Positions 23,527 through 32,819 of a stretch of 32,974 bases of DNA are shown piece after piece. The translations under genes were made by a program, and so were the position numbers. The stretch is from positions 1-32,974 of the forward strand of contig JAUHXN010000001.1 of assembly GCA_030426865.1 (NCBI GenBank). Direction: 5' to 3'. Numbering within the stretch: the first letter of the stretch is position 1; each line of letters opens with the position of its first letter. This DNA comes from a bacterium (GTDB lineage Bacteria > Bacteroidota > Ignavibacteria > Kapaibacteriales > UBA2268). The notes below the pieces were generated by a model. That model searched no databases and was not told where the DNA came from. It was given only the letters and a program-made list of their open reading frames with translations.

Positions 23527-25215
23527 TTATTGTACCCAATTGTGATATACCCAAGTCACCCAATAGTCATAATTATAATACGGCTCATACTCGAAAACCT
23601 GTGGCTCTGTTATCTGTTCGAGAGTACCGTCGTAGTAATTCCAAATATATAACCGCTTTGCTGTGAAATGCTCCGCTCTATTGTAGAAGAAATTCTTGTC
23701 TATTTTCTTAGCTTCTTCTTCTAATCCGTAACCTTGATATAAAAACTCACCGTCCCAATATATTTGGTAATGTTCGCCACTAACGGGATGTACTACTCCC
23801 CTTCCCACTACAAATTTAGCATCTGTAGCTCTGACTAATTCATCGCCTTCGTAGAATGATTTACCGTATCGCATCTGATTTTTGATAGACCACGGTGCAT
23901 CGAATTGTGAAATCCTCTGATGGCGGAATGGTGCTACTATCACGACCATATCATTTGTATCTAAGTGAGCAACTTGCTCCGCTGGGAATTTCATTATCAC
24001 ATCTTTTTGTTCACTCTCAGCTTCTATCCAATCGAATTTATTCACTAATAATGCAGCAAAAGAAAGAGTGAATAATGTAAAAGCTATTCTGGTTTTCATA
24101 GCTCTGCTAATGCTATTAAGCTGTGCTATTTTGGCTGCGATTATCACTACGATTAGAGGTATATAGAACGAGGCTACGAACATAGTCCTACTCCGAGAAC
24201 CCATGCCCCACATAGTATAGCCAGCAGCAGAGTACAAGAAAAAACCAGCGAAAATACCAGATGCTAATAGTAGTAATATCTTAAATTTCTTAGTGCGGAA
24301 TAGCGGTTTTAATCCACCAGCGTTTCTCTTCAGCTTTATAATAAAATAGATTATAGTAGGAACAAATACCGCCAAAGCTAATAATTCAAAAACCCCGAAG
24401 CTAGCTATTAGCACATAAGGGAATGATACTATGTTGACTACCAACGTTTGCAAGAAATATGGGTTAATAACTTTGTTAATAACTGCGTCGAATATAGAAG
24501 GTGCTATTCTATTCCAAATGACTGTCATTGCTACTATCACTGAGAGTATTATGAAATGGTTTATGAGTACTTTTTTGTCAATTCCTTTCTCTTTGATAAA
24601 TAGCCAAGCTATAGCAATGAATATGAAATACTGGAAGAAAAAGCTCTCATAAGTTAGCACCGAAAGCAAATAGAATAACCCCACCTTCGCAAAGCTATGC
24701 TTTCCTAATCGGAGCCCACGAAAAAGATAGTAAAGTGATAGTGAAAAGAAGATAAAAGATATTAGATTAATAGAGCTAGAAAACCACGCAGTTACTCCCA
24801 AAGTCCAAGGGGAAACCAGCCAGATGAGCGCCGTAAGAGCTGCAACCATACTCGCCTTTCGAATAGATAGAAACTCAAAGAACTCCCTTGTAAATAAGTA
24901 GTATGAGTACAAAGCAGCGAGTATCCAACTGAGCATAAATGTATGCACAAGCGCAATATTATGCCCACAAATAGAGTTCACCAAATAGAACATAATGCCT
25001 GACATTGGCCTATTGGCATATACGGTCATAAAGTGGGTCAATCTATCGAGCGAGAACGGAGCTGATATATTCGGTGTTTCGGTGAAATAGCTAATCAGAA
25101 ATACCCAATCATCTGAATACATACCGGCGAAAAATGGCTGCCAAATATATATAAACACGAAGAAGACAATTACTATCGAAAATGGATGATTTTCTATATA
25201 TGATTTAATATTCAA
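23527..25215 (-). CDS. Polytopic membrane protein, possibly a GT-C-type glycosyltransferase
   Basis: About 12 hydrophobic helices, an acidic motif (YSDDW) in the first predicted loop as in GT-C enzymes, and a C-terminal ~170-aa soluble domain. The start is a TTG; the functional call is weak. Confidence 0.45.
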   Translation of the reverse strand: MNIKSYIENHPFSIVIVFFVFIYIWQPFFAGMYSDDWVFLISYFTETPNISAPFSLDRLTHFMTVYANRPMSGIMFYLVNSICGHNIALVHTFMLSWILAALYSYYLFTREFFEFLSIRKASMVAALTALIWLVSPWTLGVTAWFSSSINLISFIFFSLSLYYLFRGLRLGKHSFAKVGLFYLLSVLTYESFFFQYFIFIAIAWLFIKEKGIDKKVLINHFIILSVIVAMTVIWNRIAPSIFDAVINKVINPYFLQTLVVNIVSFPYVLIASFGVFELLALAVFVPTIIYFIIKLKRNAGGLKPLFRTKKFKILLLLASGIFAGFFLYSAAGYTMWGMGSRSRTMFVASFYIPLIVVIIAAKIAQLNSISRAMKTRIAFTLFTLSFAALLVNKFDWIEAESEQKDVIMKFPAEQVAHLDTNDMVVIVAPFRHQRISQFDAPWSIKNQMRYGKSFYEGDELVRATDAKFVVGRGVVHPVSGEHYQIYWDGEFLYQGYGLEEEAKKIDKNFFYNRAEHFTAKRLYIWNYYDGTLEQITEPQVFEYEPYYNYDYWVTWVYHNWVQ

Positions 25216-25406
25216 ATAAGTAGATCTTAGCTTGTTGGTATCAAAAAAAGCAATTTAATCAATAGTTCGCAAATAGGAGCCAAGGTGTAGATTAGTATAA
25301 TTGATAAGGGATGTGTAACTTTCTTTATCCTTATGTGTTTATTGTTCTATATGTCTTTTAAATTGCAATGAAAATAGCAGTATTACTAATTTTTTGAGGA
25401 TTTTTT

Positions 25407-26156
25407 ATGAAACGGGTTCTACTATTTCCACTTTTGTTGCTGTTTGCATTTACAGCCTATTCTTACTCACCACCTGACTCATGTTTAAAAATCTATGATA
25501 TACCAGAGGATGAAACATTTGAAAATCCTTATAATGTCCGAGTAGATAGTTGCAACGGCTCAGGTACATTTGGTGAGTTTTATGCTAAAGGTTATTTTTC
25601 TGTTAAATTTGACTACAATATTATACCAAGATCAGGATTATTTCCTGAGGATACTTTAATTGAGTATGGTATAGGTGATATTGATACAATTTATAATGAT
25701 GCAATAATTGAATTCCAAAATCTTGAGACTCAGTATGGTTCTTTTAAATTCATAGAAGAAAAACCTCACCTCCCTGACACTACTACTTTACTTTCTAGAA
25801 AATTATCTATTAACTTTGATAATTTTGTTAATATAGATTCTGCTGACAATTCAATCGACAATATTAATATTGTTTCGTCAGTTGGATTTGCACACTGGTT
25901 TAGAGTTCTTTCAAACATTGAAACTGAAGACCATAACCTTAGCATCTACCCAAATCCAGCGAAGGAAGAAATAAACATAAACTACGACAAGATGATTAAT
26001 TCAATAGAAATACTTGACCTAAATGGAAAGGAAATATTATCAAATAAAGACCTAGCTCCTCAGATGGAACAGAGTATTAAAATAGATTATTTGAATGCGG
26101 GTACTTACTTCATCAGGATAAATGATAACGTATATAAGCGATTTGTTAAAGAGTAA
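25407..26156 (+). CDS. Small secreted protein with a T9SS C-terminal sorting domain
   Basis: Signal peptide, with C-terminal LSIYPNPAKEEININ...GTYFIRINDNVYKRFVKE. Confidence 0.7.
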   Translation: MKRVLLFPLLLLFAFTAYSYSPPDSCLKIYDIPEDETFENPYNVRVDSCNGSGTFGEFYAKGYFSVKFDYNIIPRSGLFPEDTLIEYGIGDIDTIYNDAIIEFQNLETQYGSFKFIEEKPHLPDTTTLLSRKLSINFDNFVNIDSADNSIDNINIVSSVGFAHWFRVLSNIETEDHNLSIYPNPAKEEININYDKMINSIEILDLNGKEILSNKDLAPQMEQSIKIDYLNAGTYFIRINDNVYKRFVKE

Positions 26157-26168
26157 CCAGAGGAAACT

Positions 26169-26720
26169 ATGAAAAAAATATTACTAATCTTAGCACTTAT
26201 TGCTTTCTGGGGATGCGATGAAAACACTCCCACTAAAAACGAAGTTAAAGAAAATCTTGATAAAAAATACACATTAGAAGAACTCGAAAGTGACCCCAAT
26301 TGGGTGGAGATAACTGATATTGATACTTTAGATATACCATGTATCTGGTATGATTTATATGAAATGGGTAAACTGATAAGGACTGATGCCGAATTTAAAA
26401 ATTTGTATAATGAGTCCAAAGCTTTAACTAAACATTCTGAATTACCATGTGAAAACGATACTAATTATATGGATGTGGATTATTCCAATAGGGGTTTAAT
26501 ACTATTCGAGTTTGGTCCAATTGGGGGTAGTCCATTGTTCAAAAGGAAAATTTTTAAAAATTCGAATTTGAATCAATTTAGGTATGTACTTGAAATAACC
26601 ATTAGAAGTGCATCAAAAGTAGGTTATAATTTTACAGAAGCGATCTCTTTACCTAAAATTTCTAAGGATACGGAGATGATATTTGACACATTAAGAAATT
26701 ATGGTGAGTGGATAGAATGA
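26169..26720 (+). CDS. Lipoprotein, paralog A of a tandem pair
   Basis: Lipobox LIAFWGC. It shares the block Y[TI][LI]EELESDPNWVEITDIDT and later F..G.IGG.P...R.IF.N with the next gene. Confidence 0.7.
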   Translation: MKKILLILALIAFWGCDENTPTKNEVKENLDKKYTLEELESDPNWVEITDIDTLDIPCIWYDLYEMGKLIRTDAEFKNLYNESKALTKHSELPCENDTNYMDVDYSNRGLILFEFGPIGGSPLFKRKIFKNSNLNQFRYVLEITIRSASKVGYNFTEAISLPKISKDTEMIFDTLRNYGEWIE

Positions 26721-27274
26721 AAAACCTAATACTAATCCTAGCACTTATTGCTTTCTTGGGGTGCGATGAGAACGTATCTACAGTTAATATATATCAAGAA
26801 TATATTGATAAAGAATACACAATAGAAGAACTCGAAAGTGACCCAAATTGGGTTGAGATAACCGATATTGATACCATAAAATCTCCTTGCATTGATTGGG
26901 AACTTTATGAAATGGGCAGGGTATTTAGAGATAGAGAGAGTTTGGAGAAATTAGTTCTTTTATACGACACTACAAGTGTTTTCTACAAGAATGATTTATG
27001 TGAGAAAAATATAGACTTGTATAACATTGACTATAATAAAAGCGATGTTATTCTTTTCAATTGTGGTATTGGAGGAGGTCAGCCTATCACTATTCGCAGA
27101 ATATTTAGAAACGATAAATACAAAGTAATCTATTATTACCTCAGTGTAGAACCAACATCAGGAACTTTTGAATATATAGTATATGGCGATGCTATTGTAA
27201 TTGATAAGATTCCATCAAACTACACATTTGTGTCTGATACTGTCTTCATTTATGATCGAATTATGACCGAGTAA
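26717..27274 (+). CDS. Lipoprotein, paralog B of a tandem pair
   Basis: Lipobox LIAFLGC. I set the start at the ATG at 26717 (MKNLILILALIAFLGC) by analogy with paralog A. That start overlaps the stop of paralog A as ATGA. Confidence 0.7.
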   Translation: MKNLILILALIAFLGCDENVSTVNIYQEYIDKEYTIEELESDPNWVEITDIDTIKSPCIDWELYEMGRVFRDRESLEKLVLLYDTTSVFYKNDLCEKNIDLYNIDYNKSDVILFNCGIGGGQPITIRRIFRNDKYKVIYYYLSVEPTSGTFEYIVYGDAIVIDKIPSNYTFVSDTVFIYDRIMTE

Positions 27275-27281
27275 GAAAGTC

Positions 27282-27896
27282 TCACTTCCCTCTAGTTCGG
27301 AATATAATATCCCAGAGTGGTGAGCTAACTCCGTAGCCCTCGTGTGGCTCTACGTAGTGGTGCTTCATGTGGTGTAGTTTTATCTTCTTGAAAATACTAC
27401 TTTTGAAAGAGAAATGATGCATAGCATAATGCCCAATATCATATACCAAATAACCTAGCAAGAAACCTGCGAAATAAGGGTATAAGCTTGGTACAGGTAT
27501 CAATAAATAAAAGAAAAGGAAAAATGCACTAGCAAATATTAAGCTCAGACCCGGTGGTAGTACTAGTCTTTTAGCGTCCTGAGGATAATCGTGGTGTACT
27601 CCGTGCATCAGCCAATGGAAACGTTTCCCCCAATCGGTCTTCGGTTCATAGTGGAAGACAAATCTATGCATAAAATACTCTGCAAATGTCCAAACAAATA
27701 AACCGAGCAGAAACATAAGTACAGATGAACCTAAGCTCAAATCATTGCTAAACCCTAAGTACAGAAAGTATGAGATAATAGGTACGTAAACAAAAATTGG
27801 CAATGTCCAGTGCGTTTTAGACAATGCTTCGATTATGTCCCATTTGAACATTCGTACCGATTCGTTCTTATTTGATATGAAGTGTTTCTCTTTCAT
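27282..27896 (-). CDS. Fatty acid 2-hydroxylase-like membrane di-iron enzyme (FA2H/Scs7 catalytic domain, no cytochrome b5 domain)
   Basis: His boxes HRFVFH, HGVHHDYPQDAKRLVLPP, GHYAMHH and LHHMKHH, with C-terminal GYGVSSPLWDIIF. These are collinear with the eukaryotic FA2H catalytic domain as I recall it. Confidence 0.8.
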   Translation of the reverse strand: MKEKHFISNKNESVRMFKWDIIEALSKTHWTLPIFVYVPIISYFLYLGFSNDLSLGSSVLMFLLGLFVWTFAEYFMHRFVFHYEPKTDWGKRFHWLMHGVHHDYPQDAKRLVLPPGLSLIFASAFFLFFYLLIPVPSLYPYFAGFLLGYLVYDIGHYAMHHFSFKSSIFKKIKLHHMKHHYVEPHEGYGVSSPLWDIIFRTRGK

Positions 27897-27974
27897 TGCC
27901 TACTAAGCCGTACTAACAGAGTAATTGTTGCAATCTAATAAATTTTGAAATTTAGTTCAAATGCTATTTCTAGA

Positions 27975-28946
27975 TTACTTTATCAATTCGTTTATTATTT
28001 TTACTGAATCTATACCTTCAGCTTCAGCGTTGAAGTTTGTTACTATTCTGTGTTGAAGTACAGATACAGCTACTTCTTTTACGTCAGCTATTTCTGGGGA
28101 AGAGTTACCTTTTATACCAGCTCTTGATTTGGCACCAAGTACTAAGTATTGACTAGCACGCGGTCCAGCACCATAGCTAATGTATTTCTTAACTAATTCG
28201 GAATCAGTATAATCTGGTCGAGTACTTCGCACTAGATTTACAGCATACTCTACTACATTGTCCGCGACAGGAATACGACGTATTAGGTTTTGGAATTCGA
28301 TAATCTTGTCTGCGCCTATCACCTGATTGATAACAGCTTTAGTCTCAATAGTAGTAGATTTTACGATCTCTACTTCTTCTTTTAGAGAAGGGTAATCAAG
28401 CTTTATGTTAAACATAAATCTGTCTAATTGTGCTTCCGGTAGTGGGTAAGTCCCCTCTTGCTCTATCGGGTTTTGAGTAGCTAAAACGAAAAATGGCTCT
28501 TGCAAGCTCAGAGTTTTCCCTGCTGCCGTTACCTCATGCTCTTGCATGGCTTCTAGCAGAGCGGCCTGAGTTTTAGGAGGAGTTCTGTTTATCTCATCGG
28601 CTAATACGATATTCGAGAATATAGGCCCTTTTACGAATCTGAAAGTTTTCTTTCCAGTTGACAAATCATCTTCTATCACCTCAGTACCAGTAATATCACC
28701 AGGCATTAGGTCTGGAGTAAATTGGATACGTGAGAAATCTAAGTGTAATGATTCGGCTAGTGTACGGATAAGCAATGTTTTCGCTAATCCCGGTACGCCT
28801 ACCAAAAGACAATTACCTTTAGCAAATAGTGATATTAGTAGCTCTTCGACTACTTTATCTTGACCAATAATTACTTTCGCAACTTCACTTTTTACTTTAT
28901 TTATCGATTCTGAAAGCTCTTTTAGAAGCTCGATATCATTTGCCAT
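27975..28946 (-). CDS. MoxR-family AAA+ ATPase
   Basis: Walker A GVPGLAKT, Walker B VLADEINR, FFVLATQNPIEQEGTYPLPEAQLDRF and C-terminal GAGPRASQ are characteristic of MoxR. Confidence 0.9.
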   Translation of the reverse strand: MANDIELLKELSESINKVKSEVAKVIIGQDKVVEELLISLFAKGNCLLVGVPGLAKTLLIRTLAESLHLDFSRIQFTPDLMPGDITGTEVIEDDLSTGKKTFRFVKGPIFSNIVLADEINRTPPKTQAALLEAMQEHEVTAAGKTLSLQEPFFVLATQNPIEQEGTYPLPEAQLDRFMFNIKLDYPSLKEEVEIVKSTTIETKAVINQVIGADKIIEFQNLIRRIPVADNVVEYAVNLVRSTRPDYTDSELVKKYISYGAGPRASQYLVLGAKSRAGIKGNSSPEIADVKEVAVSVLQHRIVTNFNAEAEGIDSVKIINELIK

Positions 28947-28991
28947 ATTCTTTATCTGATTATCATATTAAAATACATATTACGAATGGTA

Positions 28992-30386
28992 TTAGTTATT
29001 GTTTTCGTAACGTCCTAAAATCTTACCTTCTTTGTCCAATATATCGTATCTATCGAAGTATCCATCGAATTGATCGACTAGCTTTTTCTCGTTCCCAGCT
29101 ATTGCTATAGATAGCCCTTCGGGTTTGAATAGGTCTATCTGAGTGCTGAATAATTCGTCGCTTCTTATATTTTTTATTTTTCTATAAAATTGATTGTAAT
29201 AGTCATCATCCAAATCATTGAGAGCTATCGTAGTCAGCATTTTTGAGATTTGCTTGTGGCTCTCTGCACTACGAAGAAAACTGCCTAAGTAATAATTCTT
29301 TGCTCTTTGAAGCTCATCCTCTTCTAGCATCTCATTCGATATTTTTGACATCTCTTCTAATATATCGCTAACTACTTCTCTAGTTTTATCTAGATTAACG
29401 GAAGTCGAAACCCCCAATAGACCCGTATGAACAGCCGAACTAATAGAGGAATGTACTCCATAAGTCAATCCCTTTTGTTCACGGATCAAGTGATTCAATC
29501 TAGAAAGAAAATAGCCACCAAATATAACATTGATTAAGCTGAGCCCAGCATAGTTCTCGTGTTTGATATTTATAGTGGGTTTACCAACGCTGATAACGGA
29601 TTGCGAACTTGAGTTGAAGTTTACTATAACCAGTTTGTTTTGTTCACGTACGAGTATATTGTCAACTTCTTCATTGTCTATATCATCTGCCATTTGATTG
29701 ACTAACTGATTAGCATACTTCAGTGCTGTTTCTTCACGCATATTGCCAGTTGCAACTATCGAGATTTTAGAACCATAAATATACGATTCCCAACAGTTTT
29801 TTATATTTCTACGTGTGAATTCCTCTATTTCATCACTATATCCGTATTCGGGATTACCATAGGGGTGCTCACGGAAAAGCGACGCCATCATAGCAGTAGT
29901 GCTTAGGTAGTTGGAGTCAGCTTCTTCCTGTTCTTTTGCAGATTTGAATTTTCTGATTGTTTTATCAATTTCCAGTTCATCAAACTTTGGATTGAATAAA
30001 GCATCTTTAAGCAATTCAAAAGCTGTGTCGAACACTTCTTTTAAGCAATCTAATTTACAGACAGCATAATCTTTGCTTTCAGTAAAGTTAAGCGATGCTC
30101 CTAGATAATCTAGTTCTGTTGCGAAATCGAGTGCAGTTTTGCTTTCAGTACCTGCAGAAAGTAACTCGAACATAATTTTAGAGATTCCAGAGTATTCTTC
30201 TTCAGAGGTTCCTTTGTGAAATATAATCTTGAAAGAGACTAAAGGATGATTATTGCTATAAAAATGCAACAACTGTGAGTCATTGATAATATTAATTCTC
30301 TTCGTATCAGGAGCTAAAAAAGCAGGAATGTCAGTACTAGCAGGCGGTACAGACCAATCAATTGTTTTATTATTTAAGTCATTCAT
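28992..30386 (-). CDS. Peptidase M16 (pitrilysin) family protein lacking the zinc-binding motif
   Basis: Length and block order fit M16. The position of HxxEH reads SKIMFELLSAGT, so the His, Glu and His residues are all absent. Confidence 0.65.
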   Translation of the reverse strand: MNDLNNKTIDWSVPPASTDIPAFLAPDTKRINIINDSQLLHFYSNNHPLVSFKIIFHKGTSEEEYSGISKIMFELLSAGTESKTALDFATELDYLGASLNFTESKDYAVCKLDCLKEVFDTAFELLKDALFNPKFDELEIDKTIRKFKSAKEQEEADSNYLSTTAMMASLFREHPYGNPEYGYSDEIEEFTRRNIKNCWESYIYGSKISIVATGNMREETALKYANQLVNQMADDIDNEEVDNILVREQNKLVIVNFNSSSQSVISVGKPTINIKHENYAGLSLINVIFGGYFLSRLNHLIREQKGLTYGVHSSISSAVHTGLLGVSTSVNLDKTREVVSDILEEMSKISNEMLEEDELQRAKNYYLGSFLRSAESHKQISKMLTTIALNDLDDDYYNQFYRKIKNIRSDELFSTQIDLFKPEGLSIAIAGNEKKLVDQFDGYFDRYDILDKEGKILGRYENNN

Positions 30387-30397
30387 AGTCGCACAAA

Positions 30398-31039
30398 TTA
30401 CGAATTATTTTCCCTAAACTCATTAACTAAATAAATAAATTCGCTCATAACTATTGCTGTGGCTCCCCATAGTGGTACGCTGTGGTGCACATCCCAATAT
30501 GGATATGCGAATGGTTTACCATTATAAACAGTGTTCTTAGTTTTCAATTTTTCATCACTTAAGAAGCTCTCCAAGGGTACATAGAACGCTTCTTCAACTT
30601 CATCGGGGTTTAATAGCAAATCTATATTACTAGGTATTTTGCCAATTATGGGTTGGATTATATTATTAGAAGGGGGTACATATAGTCCGGACATTCGCCC
30701 CATGAGCTGGATTTTACTACTGCTTATGCCTACTTCTTCTTCAGTTTCTCGAAGAGCCGTTTGCTCATAGGTCTCGCCTTCATCTGCTCTACCACCGGGG
30801 AAAGAGATTTGTCCGCTATGTTTGCGTAACTTGCTACTTCTTAGTGTGAACAAAAGTTCCATTTGTTCGTTTATGAGTAGGAGAACTGCGCTTTTTTTTG
30901 CGTCAGTTCTTGGTATATTATTATTTAATCGCTCCAAATCTCCGAATGGTGCCATTTTGATGTGAGCCTTCGCTCCCGGCAAATCAGCTTTGAGTCGGTT
31001 ATTCAAGAAATCGAAAAATTTTATTTGATCAGTTATCAT
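30398..31039 (-). CDS. Nudix hydrolase, CoA pyrophosphatase type
   Basis: Nudix box GGRADEGETYEQTALRETEEEVGI preceded by LLFTLRSSKLRKHSGQISFPGG (the CoA-pyrophosphatase signature). I moved the start to the ATG at 31039, which removes the overlap with the divergent gene. Confidence 0.8.
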   Translation of the reverse strand: MITDQIKFFDFLNNRLKADLPGAKAHIKMAPFGDLERLNNNIPRTDAKKSAVLLLINEQMELLFTLRSSKLRKHSGQISFPGGRADEGETYEQTALRETEEEVGISSSKIQLMGRMSGLYVPPSNNIIQPIIGKIPSNIDLLLNPDEVEEAFYVPLESFLSDEKLKTKNTVYNGKPFAYPYWDVHHSVPLWGATAIVMSEFIYLVNEFRENNS

Positions 31040-31043
31040 AATT

Positions 31044-31358
31044 ATGTCTGTAAACGAAAATATATTTGAATTAGTGAAGCATATACCAATTGGCAAAGTA
31101 ACAACTTATGGTGCAATTGCCAAAGCGATTGGATTGCAATCATCTGCAAGATATGTAGGATGGGCACTCAATAGTACCAAATTGTCAGGTGAAATACCTG
31201 CACATAGAGTTGTAAATAGGTTGGGTGAGCTGACAGGAAAAATGCACTTCCCAACTCCTACCTATATGCGAGAGTTACTAGAATCGGAAGGGATAGAGTT
31301 TATAAATGATAATGTAAATATGAAAAAGCATTTATGGATTCCACCATTAATTAATTAG
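31044..31358 (+). CDS. Alkyltransferase-like (MGMT DNA-binding domain) protein without the acceptor cysteine
   Basis: The helix-turn-helix block TTYGAIAKAIG...ARYVGWAL is followed by IPAHRVV. Authentic O6-alkylguanine transferases have IPCHRVV here. The Ala codon gca is at 31200-31202. Confidence 0.75.
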   Translation: MSVNENIFELVKHIPIGKVTTYGAIAKAIGLQSSARYVGWALNSTKLSGEIPAHRVVNRLGELTGKMHFPTPTYMRELLESEGIEFINDNVNMKKHLWIPPLIN

Positions 31359-31448
31359 GTGTGAATATCTTATGTTTTTTCTGTGAACTATTATTTGATT
31401 ATATTTGTTTTTTAAAATTGAAACAGAAGATTAGGAAAAGAGGTAAAA

Positions 31449-32642
31449 GTGGATTTATTCGAAAAAGCATATCATTTTCATGTGGCGGATGAAGCAAAAG
31501 AAAAGGGTATTTATCCTTACTTTAGAGCTGTAGAAGAGAATGAAGGTCCAGTTGTTAGTATGGAAGGTCGTAAAGTTATTATGGCAGGTTCCAACAATTA
31601 CCTCGGACTAACTGCGCACCCTGAAGTTAGGGAAGCAGCTATAAAAGCAATAGAAAAATATGGTACTGGTTGTTCGGGTTCTAGATACTTGACAGGTACT
31701 CTTGATTTACATATTGAGTTAGAACATAGATTAGCGAAATACTTAGGTTTTGAAGAAGTATTACTATTTAGTACTGGTTACCAAACAGGTATTGGTACTA
31801 TCTCTGCCCTACCTACTAAAGGCGAATATATCATAATGGACAAGGAAAATCATGCTTGTCTTATTAATGGTGCTATGATGGCAAAAGGTGCTTTCGTTGA
31901 TTTAGTGCGTTACAAGCACAATGACATGAATGACCTAGAAAGAGTATTAAGCAATTTGCCGCTAGATGCTGGTAAATTATTGGTTACAGATGGAGTTTTC
32001 TCTGTTACTGGTGAGCTAGTAAAGTTGCCTGAATTATTGGAATTAGCTAAGAAATATAATGCTAGAGTATTAGTTGATGATGCTCACGCTACTGGTGTAG
32101 TTGGTGATGGTGGTCGTGGTACTGCTAGTCACTACGGATTAGTAGAAGAGACTGATATGATAATGGGAACTTTCTCTAAGACATTTGCTTCACTAGGTGG
32201 ATTCGTAGCTGGACCGAGTAAGGTAATAGATTTTGTCAAACATACTTCTCCAGCACTTATATTTAGTGCTAGTCCTACTCCTTCCTCTTGTGCTGCTACA
32301 TTAGCTGCGCTTGATGTATTGGAAAGAGAGCCAGAGAGAGTAACTAAACTAAAAGAAAATGCAGACTATATGCGTGCTGGATTCCATGAACTTGGTTTCG
32401 AAGTAATAGATAGTTTAACTGCTATTGTCCCTGTTATCGTAGGCGATGTCGAAAAAGCATTGATGATGTGGAGAAGACTATATGACGCAGGTGTATTCGT
32501 TAATGCGTTTATACCTCCTGGAGTACCTCCTACTATGAGTATGATGCGTACTAGCTATATGGCAACTCACGAAAAACAACACTTAGATAAAATCCTAGAA
32601 GTGTTCGGTGAAGTCGGAAAAGAATTTGGGTTAGTTAAGTAA
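31449..32642 (+). CDS. PLP-dependent alpha-oxoamine synthase, serine palmitoyltransferase-like (alternatives: KBL or BioF)
   Basis: GTG start. The PLP-lysine block is GTFSKTFASLGG. GIYPYFR, GSNNYLGL, GTGCSGSRYLTGTLDLH and YKHNDMNDLE resemble Bacteroidota Spt as I recall it. Confidence 0.7.
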   Translation: MDLFEKAYHFHVADEAKEKGIYPYFRAVEENEGPVVSMEGRKVIMAGSNNYLGLTAHPEVREAAIKAIEKYGTGCSGSRYLTGTLDLHIELEHRLAKYLGFEEVLLFSTGYQTGIGTISALPTKGEYIIMDKENHACLINGAMMAKGAFVDLVRYKHNDMNDLERVLSNLPLDAGKLLVTDGVFSVTGELVKLPELLELAKKYNARVLVDDAHATGVVGDGGRGTASHYGLVEETDMIMGTFSKTFASLGGFVAGPSKVIDFVKHTSPALIFSASPTPSSCAATLAALDVLEREPERVTKLKENADYMRAGFHELGFEVIDSLTAIVPVIVGDVEKALMMWRRLYDAGVFVNAFIPPGVPPTMSMMRTSYMATHEKQHLDKILEVFGEVGKEFGLVK

Positions 32643-32669
32643 AACTAAAAACTTAGAATGAATATGAAT

Positions 32670-32707
32670 AAAGCAGAGTCCCGCAATGGTATTCTGCTTT
32701 TTTTTTA
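32670..32707 (+). terminator. Rho-independent terminator after the alpha-oxoamine synthase gene
   Basis: Stem aagcaga / tctgctt with a ~15-nt loop, followed by nine T. Confidence 0.6.
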
Positions 32708-32819
32708 TCGACTTTTGTTTTTTAAATAAATGAAATAATAAATACATTTTTCTCTTATTTTACTAAATTATTGTTATCTAAATCGTCAATAACTATATAA
32801 CAGTTTACAAGTGGACATA

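Noticed and set aside
25216-25406. Weak inverted repeat ataagg(g)at / atccttat in the divergent promoter region
   Set aside because: It is short and imperfect, with an extra base in one arm, in AT-rich DNA where such matches arise by chance.
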